From Catajapyx aquilonaris (lineage: Eukaryota), in contig JYFJ02001187.1 of the NCBI GenBank assembly GCA_000934665.2, positions 1 through 64,000 of the forward strand: 64,000 bases of DNA, in the 5' to 3' direction. Numbering within the stretch: position 1 is the stretch's first letter; every line of letters starts with the position of its first letter. This document shows positions 12,799 through 26,576 of the stretch, in pieces. The translations under genes were made by a program, and so were the position numbers. The notes beneath the pieces are model-generated. The model did not search any database, was not told the origin of the DNA, and saw nothing but the letters and a program-made list of their open reading frames with translations.

Positions 12799-14169
12799 AT
12801 GGAGAAAGAAAAGCCAAATGGATTGTCAACACAAGAAGCTCTTCAAATCTTGCATGATGATTTTGACCACACCTTGGCCGAGTTTGAAAGCAGCAATCAA
12901 GGGTAGGCTAATGCTTTTAGTGCATTAAAGTCATTCTAAGGTTCACTTATTGTGTAACTCTTGTTCACTTGGACATAACATTTGAGATGTTTTGATTCAT
13001 TATCGATCTTGGAAGTCAGTAAGGTCAAAGTACTTAGCAAGCGAAATAGGCACTCTTCAGGGCTCATATTTTGCTTCAGGTTATAAGATTTTCTTGACGA
13101 AATAGTGCATAAGTGTCAATGAAAAAGATTGCGAAAAATTGCAATCAGCTGAGATGCAGATAGTAAAATTTTACGAATTCTCAACTTTTTTGAACATATA
13201 ATGCAGGAATTATTTATTTTTTGAAAGCAGTGGTATGTGGCATCCAATTTTTTGGATCGCTACTTGTTTACAAAAATTAACATGTAATGATATTGATGAG
13301 GTTGCCCATTGCAATGCACCATTTGAAGGGATATCCATGCTGTGCAGCAAGTATTGCACATTCTTCGGGAGGCGGAGTGGTGCTTCGGTAACTTATGTGC
13401 CCGTAGATGTAAGGGTCCCAGGTTCGATCCCAAGCCCAGGCACATTCCCCCCTTCATCTCGTGCAGAGTTCAGGGTCATCTCTGGCTTCATCTCGGGTGG
13501 GATTTCTACTAGACTAACCATCCGGGGGATTTCACAAAATAACCATAGCAACGACATTACACTTGCACTTTGCACATCCCCTCCCAGTCACCCTGCCCTT
13601 AGACCAGGGCGCTTGTTGTTAAAGACAAACTGTACCTTGAGGCAAATAAAGGTCAATGCAAAAACCTCTTCTGAGGTATGTACTACACCCTATTATATTG
13701 TTGTTGTTGTTGTTGTTTTAAAATTAATGATGATTATTTTTTTAGGGGGGAGTTTTTTTGTTTTGACTGGAACTCTTTCTTTGCATTTTTACTTCGCTTT
13801 TGGGGATAGGATAGGGACGGAAGGAAGCGGCTGTGGCCTATTATTTTAGGAAACAACCCCGGCATTTACCTCGAGGAACCGTGGGAAACCACAGAAAACC
13901 ACTGTTAGGGTTGCCAGCCCCGGGGATCGAACCCAGGACCTCCCGATTAGCAGTCGGATACCATATCCCCTCCGCCACCACTGCTTCGGTGTTGTTGTTT
14001 TTATTATATTTATTATTAGTATTATTATATTATTAGTATTAGTATTATAATTATTATAATTATTATAATATTATTAGTATTAGTATTATTATTATTATTA
14101 TAATTATTATTAGTATTATTATAATTATTATTAGTATTATTATAATTATTATAATATTATTATATTATT

Positions 14170-14221
<52 letters not shown>

Positions 14222-17200
14222 TATTAGTAGTTTGCGGTTCTCCCGATCATCTCTTCTCGACCAAAAAGGAAAATAACTGGAGTATAGGTCACACACTTGC
14301 ATCAGGTCCCAGGCGTAACCATCACAGGGCGTCCAAAGTAGTGGCTGGTGACGAGGGGGGAGGGGGGGGGCTTGATTTCTCAAAGTACCGCGTCGCATAG
14401 TGTAATATTTTGAGTGTCTGTTTCTGAGGTGGGCAGGGGTGGGGGGTGGGACGGGTTGTTTTTAGGTTTATTCTCATGAGTTTTATTAGTTCATATGTTG
14501 GGTTAGCTTGCGTCTCCCTTCATCGCTGACTACCCCTCATAGGGAAATGTCGTGATGTTGTTGTTGTATTATTAGTTTATTATTATATTATTTATTATTA
14601 TTATTATTATCATTATTATTATTATTATTATTATTATTGCATAATCTTTGATTTCCTTTCATGCCATTTTTGATGAACAGCATGGAACTGTAAAAGTCGG
14701 CTTCATCTACCATTGCTGTGAAATTTAAAGTTCTTTTGCATTCCAGCTCACTCCCACAGCCCCTTTAAAACAAAAACAAAAAAAACCCTGTCACCATATT
14801 TAGCCCCTGTACCTTAGTTGCTTGTCAGTTTTTTTCGATGCTAGCCTTTACTCACTAATTATAATGCACGAAAAATATTAGTCCTGAAGCAAAATATGTC
14901 CTACAGATGTTATACACTATGTGACTTGCTAAGATCTTTTGGTTTTGGGAATGCAAATGCCCCAATTAATTTTATGCATGGCCTGACCAGCCACCAAACA
15001 TTTCGTTGTATTAGTCAGTCAATTGGTCAATCACCTTAGATTTCATTCGAACCGCGATTTTTTCGAACGGCCGTGCCGTTGCGCGGCCTTGTTTCATACT
15101 AAACTCACACCTCCCACATTCACTTAAGCTTGTGTGACCTTGAACCCCCAAAAAAATTTGCGCCTGCGGCAGGCTTCCTCCCCGCCATTTGAATAGTTCC
15201 TCCCCAAAAATTCCTATCTGGATCCGCCCCTGACCAAGCTTGTAGATGTGATGTCTATGTTTAAACATATCCTATTCAATGTATCACAATATGTATTCGA
15301 GCACCATGGATTTAACTAGGAGCAATAATTACTACCCCCTCCTACAACCAGCAATATAAACTGTCACTAGCAGATCTGTCCCTGTTATTTTGATACCTAC
15401 TGTGACACACTGAATGGCCTTGGATTGGACATGGCTAGAAGTCTGCAAGTTTGGTGCATACATGCTCAATACTGTAAGGAAGGTTCTGTGTATAAAGGAA
15501 GGATGCTTGTGCTATTTTTTTCTAGATGCCATGCTTTCCCTTTTTTATTACGAAAGTTTAAATACATGGTTTTTTCTTGATTAATTGTTAATTGTACATT
15601 GCACTTACTGCAGATAATGTTGATGTGGTTTTGCAGGTCCTCAAGTGGCAACCTACGTGGTGGAGTGTGGGTGCGAGATGCTTTCTGCTCTGCCAAGCAA
15701 TCAACAACTTTGAGCTGGAGGGCTATAATTTCTCTGTTGGTAGCTGGTATATTCTTGCTGACTGCATCCATTTGTGATGAAAACATCCGACCAAATAGGA
15801 CCATGGGCATACTTGAAGCTATTTGTGTTCTTCTCCTCTTGCTGGCAAATATCCTGTTGGTTAACTGGGATGCATGTTTGCGGCACAAGGAAATGCCACA
15901 AAGAGCAAGGCACATACTTGCAAAGTTAAAAGGTGAAGTTGGTGTCACACTTAACAGTGTGCAGAAATATTTATTTTCATATTGCTGTAGAAAAGTTTTT
16001 TTTTCTTTTTCTATTGGCCTGTTGCTTCTGATTGCCAAAAATGCATGGCTGCTTAAATAGACACTTTGTTAGATTTTCAAGTTGGGCTCTCAAAATAAGA
16101 TCAAAAAATGTATTTCAAGGATTCAATCCATTTCTCATAGAACAGAAGGGTAACTCCAGAACGCGAAGCCAAAATCAGCTGGAAAGCCACTGAGTGCTAC
16201 CTAGTGGCACAGCCATGGACGAAGTAGTGACGTTTTCATAAAGTCACCTAGCAACTCCTCCAGGGAGAGAATTTCTGAGTCAACTACCTCTGCATATCCA
16301 AGCCAATTCTCTCCCTTGAGGAAATGTATGGTTTGCCAGTGTCAACAAAGGCACTGGGTGTCCCCTCTCCTGATATATACACTGTACTCCCAGGCTGCAC
16401 GGGTGTCGGCAGATAATCAGAAAACACGGATAATCGGAAAATGGTCCTATAGACCGGAAAATGAGCTATTCACAGGTTTTAAATGAACGACTGTACACAC
16501 TGTATTCTGGTTTAAATAAGATATAATCAAATTAGAAAAATTTCCGTCGATTTTTAGTTTGTCTTCTGGAAAAAGTATGTTATATTTTTTTGTTTGATCA
16601 AAAAATTGACATCTTTTCGGACTTTCCTTTGTTTTAGCCATGCATGGATCATCCAAACCCAGATAATCGGGAGTACAGTGTAGTGCATTTTTTTTTCAAA
16701 ATCTGACTTCTTACTCTGGAATTAACCTTTCAGTTCTTAGAAAAACTTTTTACACTGTCAGAATTTTTGCACAATTTTTAGAAACCAGCATGTCAATCAA
16801 GTGAAGTGTGTCTGTAAAAGATTTAATAGAATAACTAACAGTGAAGGAAGCTAGATTAACTGTTGCTGCACAAGCTCAAAAGAACTTGTGTTTGTGAGTG
16901 ATTCTGGGCTACAAGCAATGCATTTAGCCACCCCATAACTCTTCGTGCGTGTGATTGCAACACTAAGCATGCTGAAAAGAACTACATGAAGTACAAGAAT
17001 TCCATTTTTGCAACATCAGTACTTGCAAAGCAAAATTTCTTTTGAGCTTGTGAACCGACCATCCATGCATGGTTTTGTGTTGGGCAGGTTGGGCATGAAA
17101 ATTTGGAAAACAATTACTGACTCTAAATAGGATTTCAAAATGGAAAAACTTGCAAAATTGAGAATTTGAAATTCAGATGTTTGCGATACTGAATATACAT

Positions 17201-20200
17201 GGTAAAACTGAGTTTTACATTTTTATATTACATCATTATGAACAACCCCCACTAAAAATTGTGGTGGTTAGAGGAAAAAACAATCCTGGAAGGGATCCTT
17301 TTGAGTTAATGCACAGAATGTATCCATATGGGTCCCTAGTATCCGAAAAGTGACATTTGTTGCGATAAAAATCACTTTAAAAAGAGAAGCCGTGCCCCCC
17401 TGCCTACTCCATCCTGGTATTCCTCATTATCATTACTCATGACGTCATTAGTCACCTGATCAACAAGGAGAGCATGATAAACATTTGGAAGTGGGAAGAT
17501 TTTTGCAGTGAATTGGGCCACTATGAGGGCATTTCAGGTACTCGAAAAGGTCACTGCCTCAGTCCAGCATTGTATTTTTGTATTTTTTGAACCATAGGTC
17601 AGCTACCAGTGTACTGCATGAGAATGCCCTCATTAGTGACCCATTTAAATTTGCGAAAATCACTTATTTGACCTTCACAACCCTAAAAATGTTATAGAAA
17701 GAAAGGGACAGAGAGCCTGTCCTTTGCAGACCAGGCATGCCTGACAGCATAAACACATTAGACATGGTTGTGGAAGGCAATAACAGCCACAAAGGTACAG
17801 TAGACAATGCCTCCATTGTTGATGTTTGTTACTTAAGACGTCGCCGCTGGTTATATGACCATGACTTGCCAATTTGATGAGCACTTATTTTGCTTGGACA
17901 GGATACATAGACCGATGTCACTGGACCAAAGAAAACTACCCCCACCTGCACTCTCCTCAGTCACCATGCATCACCTTGCAATGGACATATCGTGATGGAA
18001 ATCTTGTCAATCTTCCTTGGGCCTTGCTAGCTAGAAATGACTTGATATTACTTCAACCGGGTCAAATCATACCTGGGAAATGTCGCCCTGCAGCAGAACG
18101 AAGTGGATCAATTCTACAAATGGGAGACATATTTTCACCCTTGCCAGAGGGACTGAGAGAGGGTTTCAGCATGCCCCAAGCCCGTATTCCTCTCATGTGT
18201 TGCAAATATGTCATGGAGGAAACACCATACCTACGAAATTTAAGATCAGCTCTCCAGGAGGCCCTTGATAGGCCAGTTTCAGTGTTCAACAGAGAACGGC
18301 ATATGTTGATGCTGCAATGCATGGAAGGAGTGGGATTGCCCATAGCTGTTCTCATAATTATAACCATCAATTTTTTCCGAGCCTTATACTTAACAACGTG
18401 GCTGGGAGTAGGTACATGGATTGACTTGTTTTTAGTGCAGCCTGCAATGGTGGCCATACCATTGCTACCACTAGTGTTTCCCATTGCCTGGATCCTCCTA
18501 AATGCAGGTGGTTTGGCATGGGTATTGGCCCTATTCCATTCAGCACAACAGATGCAGGTCAGTGGTAAGAAATGCAAGGCCATACTCCTATCCCCAACAG
18601 TAGATTTACAAAAAAGAGCCATTTTATTTGCAGAGTTAATTTTCACACTTTGCACATATTTTAATTTCTGTAGTTTCTCAGACCTGACATTCTACATGAG
18701 CGATCCCCGAAAGAGTATGCACTATGGTGCCTTAGCTAAGCCCCTCTTCCTTCCCAGGAGAGGCGCAGAAGCCACATAGCCTGGAAGGACATGCCAGAAG
18801 GGGCCTTTGCTCTCGCACAAGTACGCATCTAGGCACACGGTGTTTGTACTCATTGCCAGCTTGAAGATTTTTAACTGTAAATGTGCTTTTGCGCCATGCG
18901 TTTTGTCACAAGACGATCCAAACGCTTTCAGGCTGGTTGTAACACTCTTCTCTCTTGCTCTTTGCTGTTCCGTCTCGGAGATGGTAGGCAATGGTGTTTA
19001 ATCGGCTGTCAGTTCCAGTGCCCATTGGGTGCATAACTGTAGAAGTGTTCTGCATCATGTGAAAAGATGAGATGGGATGTTGCCTTGATCAAGGGCCTAA
19101 TGTGGCATGCAGGTGTCGGATTTTAATCCTAATATTTTTATTTTTCTCCAAGCAATTAAACCTTTGCAGTTGTTTGGTATTATTTATATCAAATGCTGTA
19201 TGCCTTGGTGCTTATTTCTCACTTTCAATTTAAAATGCCTGTATTTACTGGCCTAATGTTTGCAAACTTGCTTTTAGTTTTTAAAGCTAAGGATGTGAAT
19301 GTCGTAATATTGTAAAGATATTTCTTCACATTATTATTTATAATGTCCAAAATTTTAAAGGCGGGTTAATATTTTTGCAAATGTATACCATTGATGCCAA
19401 TTTTATGTCATATGAATTAGGAGATATAACTCTCTCTGGGGTTCCAGAGTTCTATAACAAGAAGTTAGAACTGGTTTGAAATAAGGTAATTTATACAACC
19501 CTGAAATAGATCATCCTTGGCATGTCATTAGTAGGGCCTATTTGAAAGTTTGAAAATCAGTTTTTAGGCAAAGAAATTTTACAAGTACAGTTGACTCCAA
19601 ATATAAGCAACCCTCGGTTATAGCCAACCTGAAAGGCTGGTCCTAGCATACTGTCATGTATGGCTGGTGTATTTGGATATAGGAAACCTCGGTTATACGA
19701 TACTGACTTCTGAGGTACCTTGAAATCTCTTATCTCCGGAATTGACTATATTTTCCTTATGACTGTCTTATGCCTATTATGAAGAACTTAGTTTGAGCTC
19801 ATTTGTAATCTGGCACATTGGACTTTCCAACTGTGTAGGAGATTGGCCTAGAGGAGAAAGGAACAAGCATCCATAGTACAGTAGACTCTGGATATAACAG
19901 ACTTCAAGGGGCCATGGAAAGTCTGCTATAACCGATGTCTGTTATAGCCAGATGAACAAGTCATATATGGAAGACCAGTCTTTCGAGACTGCTATAACCA
20001 AGAAACTGTTATAGCTGAGGCTCTTTTATCCAGAATCAACTGTATTTTCATTGAGGTGGTTATCAGCTGAGTTTTGTTACACAGACTCCATGGTGATACT
20101 GAAGGACATAATTTCTCATGAGTATGTTAAATATATACCCGAGTTTGGGCGACACGGTGGCGGAGTGGTTAGCGCCACAGCCTTCCACCTATAAGGTCCC

Positions 20201-23200
20201 GAGTTCGATCCCCGGGTCGGACGGAGGATACTTATGTGGATAGAGTTTGGATGGGTTCTCTCCGTGTTTGCGTGGGTTTTCTTGAGGTTCTCCCGTTTCC
20301 TCCCACAATCAAAATCCATCACAGCGCAGGCAATGATTGAAGATGGGTATTTATATGATGATCCCCTCAGAGGCCCAAGGAGGCCTATCACGGGGTATCT
20401 ATTATTATATATTCCCGACTTTATTACTTGTGGCTATGTAAACTGGAGTTAAGCAAACATTTTGCATGTAAATACAGTATTATGCTGCAAACTAGATAGT
20501 GTCACACTGAAAGTAAATTAAATGCTTATCAGTGGCATTTGTTGTCTCACACTTAAGCAGTCCACATGCAGGTGGTTATAGCACTACTCTTACAAGGAAA
20601 GGTCATCCATTGTAGATGGAGTTGCTGAATGAAACTTGGCACAATAATATACAGGGTGTTCCAAATTCTCGGGTCACTTTCTGTCAACTAATATCTCCTG
20701 GAAGGAGTTATTTTTTCGTAGCTTGATGTGCTCCGATACTTGCGCCATATTATTCCCAGCAATGGTCGAATATACCAGCTGGTGATATTAGCTTTAGGCT
20801 TGAAATAAAGGAGATCCCAGAAGTGATCTAGTATGTCAAAGGTCACATTGGTCATAGGCTACCAAGAGCTCATTCCGTGTAGGCTCCCTGCCATGGTTTC
20901 GTACACCACCATCTTGACATAACCCCAAAGAAAGAAATCCAATGGCGTTAGGTCGGGTGACCTTGCTGGCCATTCCACCAGTCCACCGCGACTGATCCAC
21001 CTGGTTCCATGGCGACAATGCAGCCAGTCACAGACTCATCGGAGGTAGTGTGGTGGCACACCGTCCTGCTGAAACCATAGAAGTCGACACGTGGCCAGCG
21101 GAACATCCTCCAGCAGGGTTGGGAGCATGTCAACCAAGAATATTCCAGATATCGGAGGCCATTCAAAGTTCCCTCGAAGAAGTATGGGCCAACGATGATG
21201 TTGCCTATGTTGCCACACCATACGTTGACTCGCCACTTGTCCTGGAAGTGCTTTGCACACACCCGGTGCGAATTTGTCTGGGCCCAATAATGCATGTTAT
21301 GACGGTTTACTATACCACTCCGAGTGAACTGTGCCTCATCCGACCAGAGGACCCGAACTGAAAAAGTAGCCTCCTGGGAAAGGAGCCATCGGCAGAAGTG
21401 CAGGCGCCTGCTGTGATGCCCCTCCTGCAAGGCCTGTACCAGGTGGATCTTGTATGGGTGATATGTGGCACCATGCAGGATTCGGTGCACAGTACCTAGG
21501 CTGGAATCACAGACACGGGCTATGATCCAGATCCCTGCTTGCAGGTGGGCAGCCACGTAGGCCCTGACAGCAACTTTGTGCGCCTCATACCTCGCATGAC
21601 GCCTGTAGGTGGTACGAGGTGGTGGAGCAAATGTCCCATGCTGTCGCAGTCACTTCACCAGATTCCGGATGAACTTGGCACTGGATCTTCTCCGAGAAGG
21701 ATACCTCGATGGGTACACCTTAGCCTGTTTCTTGTTAACACTGTACAAAATTATTATGTCACACAGCTCGCTGTTCGTATATGCGGGACACATGGTGTCC
21801 CGCTGCTGTGGCAATTTGCTGGTAGTGATTAAATGCTTGGTCCTCTCCAGGGCACTATTTATGCATATCCATGTCGTGGTCGCCAATGGGATATTTCATC
21901 ATCAGGAGCTGCTTAACCAGGTGATGAGCTGAACCCAATATCACCGTAGCTGCTATATTCGACCATTGCTGGGAATAATATGGCGCAAGGATCGAGGTGC
22001 ATCAAGCTAAAAAAAAACAACTACTTCTGGGAGATATTAGTTGGCAGAAAGTGACCCCCGAATTTGGGACACCCTGTATAGGCAGGTAAGTTATTAACTA
22101 AAATGCAAACTATTTTGGCACAACGCTACAAAGTCAAAAGTTATGACCTCTTTCTATCAGCCCAGACATCTTACCTAAGAGGGAAGGGTCAAGCACTGGC
22201 AGATGAAAATGAGCATAGCAAATTAGCACTTATGCATGTTTTAAATTATATGTTCAAAACAAAACACATTTGTACAATGAGCACCTCTCATAAACAACAA
22301 GTTCCTGCATTGCAGGCATGTATCATTTGGACTACTACCTGAGTCAGAGCAGAATTTGGAAGGAGTTTGGAATGCATCAGGCCTCTCTTCCAAATAGCCA
22401 GCTTCGTAAAATGCGTATTTAATTCAGTTAACAAACGGAGAAGCCGAAAACTGAAAATGAGTCTTCTTTTTTGAGTGCGATATCTGAAACTTCGCTCCTA
22501 AGGTAAGCATGGAGAGGTCATAACTTTTGACCTTGTAGCATTGGGCCAAAACGGTTTGCATTTTGGTTAATAACTTCCCTGCCTCTATTATCGCGCCAAG
22601 TTTCATTCAGCAACTCCATCTACAATGGATGACCTTCCCTTGTTAGTAGTTTTAGTTTTAAGGAGCCACCAAATGGTGCATGCCAACTGTCCTTTGGCAA
22701 GAGGATGGAGAGAACGGCCTGCACCAATTGGCAGCTCTTTAAGACTATGACTAAGACTAGTGCTAAAACTACCTCTGTGTAGACTGCTTTGCACAAACAT
22801 ATGATGCATAACAGCTGATATTAAATTGCAACCTTGTACCAGATGATACTAAATCATAATCCAGCTTAAGGGTTGCTGTGGTTGTGCTACAAAAATAATG
22901 AATTGTTTTAATGATTAAATCTGCAGCATTTGTGTGTTCTTCCTCATCATAAGTTGTGGAGATAGGGCCTGTCTGCTCAGGACAGCAGAATAGGGAGAAC
23001 CACACTCTTAGTAATGAGCAAATAATTTTGTATTGGACATGTTTGCATCTTCCAAGTGAAAGTTTCCCAACTCCTCATTATTACACTCCTGATGAACGAA
23101 ATTGGGGCAGTTATTTTAAAAGATGACTGACGAGTCCCTCAGACCTCTCAATGAAGTTGTTTGTATAGAGTCTTAAAGGAAATTGATTTGGATTTTAATG

Positions 23201-26200
23201 GATTATTGCACATGTTGAAAGTTCACAATCACCTGGTGTGGTTCTCCACCACCTTGATGATTGGGAAGAACCTTACTAGGATACTTTCAAAGCTAGAGTA
23301 CTTGGAAATGTCCTCACCATAATTATGGAGTGCCTTAAGACAGGATGAAATCTTGATGCGATCAAAAAATATCCTTAGAAACAGTTCTTGACTATGTATC
23401 AGGGTGAAGGGTTATCTCAGGTGTCCATGTGAGGAGATTATAAGGGTGGCCCTTTTCTGCCTGCTTTCCAGATTTGCTAATTTCAGGTAGGCTGGAAAGT
23501 GGGCCATTTTTGTAATCGAATGATGTGTTTTTTATTGTAGCATTATGAGCTTCTGAAAACATGCATTACATAATGTCAAAAATGCCAGTGTTAATCATGA
23601 AATATGTTTCACTCAATGTACATGCCACAAAAGAAAATGACTATTATACAGTGTTCATTGAGATGAAAGTCAACTCTCTGTGCACATCAATATGAATAAG
23701 TATGGGAACAAATATGTAAATATTCATATAAGTGTCATCTGCCAGTGAACCAAATGGTTCACAATTGCATAATAGGAAGACCAAAAGATACTCCGAAAGT
23801 GGTCTGTAATAGAGAAGTTTATGCTATGATAAAACACTAAATTAGGAAAAAGAATTGAATTCCCATTAACTTATCTCTGAAATTGATGTCCCAGAGTCCA
23901 TCACCTGGGGTCCCCTGGCAGTCTTTTGGATGTCCAAGTAGACTGAATACAAGCAGGGAATGGAAGTGGCAAGGAGATGATTTTGAAAAGGTGGGGTGGG
24001 ATTTGTGATGCACGAATTTGTAAATGTGAATGTGGGTCTACATGTATTCAATCTCATGAAACATCTCTTTCTTGTGCGCTGGCTTGTTGGACTAATTTTG
24101 GGAGTACAGAGCAAGAAACAACCCTTTGGAAACCTTTACTCTCACCCATGTGTAATCCAATCCAATCCCTGAGAAAGAATTCATGCATATCTGGCAAATG
24201 GTTCCCAGAGTTAAGTTGTGACTGATGCTAAAGGCTGTTTTACAAATTTGGCAATCCAAAAATGGGTGGAAAATGGGACAGCTGGCAAGTTTGTTTATTT
24301 AAGTGGAAAGAAGTCAAAGTGTCTAATCTGGCTGCAGGACGATATGTAGATGGAACAGATGGAGGCAGAAATGAAGAGCGGGAGAAGATAGGACAGACTG
24401 GAATCTGTCCTTGTCTCCTACCCAAAAAAGACCTTTCCAACTTGGTTGACCCTCTCAGTAGTTGAAGCTACTGCCAATGCAGCTCTTGGGGCACTGCTGT
24501 CCATTTTTCATCTCATTCCTGGTTTGTTGAATTTGTGAAATGGCATTATTGAACTATGAATTCTGCTACAGGCAGCATTTTCCTTCTGAAGATTCTTGAT
24601 TGTTTAGACAGGTTCTGCGACGAGTAGCTATACTCGTAGCTGGTGAGACCACAATGTTTTTCATAGATGAGTATATGGAATGTTACGAGTCCGCTTTAGG
24701 AGTGATTCTTTGCCCTGCACAGATACAAAAACAGGTCAAAGGATCTTCTTTGAGATTGTTAAGATTTCATCCTTAAATAACAATGTAGCATCTAAAATTC
24801 TATCAATGTAACTTCCAGCAATCTAACCTTTCTAGCAAGGGATTACTTACAAGGAACTTGAGTGTGCACACCTGTGCCATATATTCAATGAGTTCAATGT
24901 CTGGCCAAGAGCTACCTGAGCTGTGCACTTTCTGGTGCTGTTTTGTAAGGCCATTACTGTAATTATTATGTGTCAACATCTGGGGAAGAGCACAGCCTTG
25001 TTACAAAAATGATCTTGCATGCAAAATGTTATGTATCAATTATCCTCATTGCTATAATTTGTCAAAATGTAGCTTCATTCTTCTTTATTGCATGCTACTT
25101 ATAATACATCCTGTTATTTTTGGGCCTGCAATTATGTTGCTTGTTTCAATGTAAGTTGTACTTTATGAAACTTAGATTACTATAATTATATCCTCTTCCT
25201 AAAATATCGAAAACAATGGCATTAGATGTGAAGAAATGTGACACTGCATGAAAATATTCAGTGGTGATATATACGCATCAGACCTCATCTCTTTTGATTG
25301 CATTTGATAAATTTTTCACACTACCATGGAACCATTAATAATGGTATGTTAAATGCACAGGACTACAATCCTTGGGGCCAAGGACCCTGCAAAATCAGAT
25401 AAGGCTTTGTTGATTTTGGATGATGGATTTTTAATCTGAAAAGGTGAATGGGGAGTGAATGTTAGGGAAAAAATTGAATTAACCTCATTGCATGCTTTGT
25501 GTTTCGCTTTAACATACAGAATCTGAATGTTTGATTTATCTTAAGGACATGAAGATATGTAACAATTATTTGTGGCTTGTGAGATTAATCCTAAATGTGT
25601 GGGTTTTTTGTGGAAACTGGAAGTATCTAAATTTTCCAGCACACAATGTGTTTTGGCATGGGCATAACTGTTTTCACTTACATAACAGGGGTGATGACTA
25701 TTGCAGGTACTGCTGGATCCATTTGAGGAGCTTGAGGAAATTCCTCCGCTCCATCCTCACCTGCACGTACGCTATTCTCAAGTCAAGAATTACTTTTTGG
25801 ATGTTCTTTTTGGGAAAGGAAAAACGTTGCCCCGGACTGCCAACATCCTTCATGTTTTGGCCTCTGTCACAGCTCTGTGTTGTGTGGATAAAAAGGGGAT
25901 TTTGTCATGGCCAAATCCCACGGCAGAAAAAGTGTTCTTTTTGGAGACGAGACATCCCTCATCACCATCGTCATCAGGGTTAGTGAATGATAGTATTTCA
26001 AAGACTGTCACATCCACTTTTTGGCTTACAATGTTTCTGCATTACACAGGTCTAGTTCTGGAGTGTTCCAAAGCTCTGAATCCCTCAATGATAATGGAAA
26101 GGACGCTGATATTTCAAGAAAGGACGTATCAGCTACTTTCACAAAGAAGCGCACTTGTAGCCGAAGTGATGCAAAGCCCGAGACTGTGGCAGAAGTGTTG

Positions 26201-26505
26201 GATCTGACACACAATAATACCAGTCCATTCCGACTCCAATTTGATGACCACACTTGGCACCAGCACATCAATTCACTTAAGCCAATTGGTCTTAACATTC
26301 TGCTTAACACATGTAATCAGGAGACTCAGGAACATTACACTGAATTTTATTCACACATGAGTTGTGAAGCTCTGCATAGTGAAGATTTGGTACCTGTGAC
26401 AAATAGAAGGTGAGATAGAAGTCAAATGATTGAATGGTCCAATAGAACAAGGGCCTATGCCCAAAATGGTGCATTTGGAATTAATCTATGCATGTTCTTG
26501 CAATT

Positions 26506-26576
<71 letters not shown>

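Noticed and set aside
13235..13849. 204-aa ORF
   Set aside because: Chance read-through across two SINEs and a microsatellite; no protein-like features.
15466..18655. Long minus-strand ORFs (190 and 197 aa)
   Set aside because: Antisense shadows of TMEM94 exons.
20836..21886. Active or domesticated transposase
   Set aside because: Split over several frames with stop codons; it is a pseudogene.
23088..23105. Hammerhead ribozyme core CTGATGA..GAAA (also considered at 55893)
   Set aside because: No stem II or flanking stems at 23088; no GAAA after the stem at 55893.
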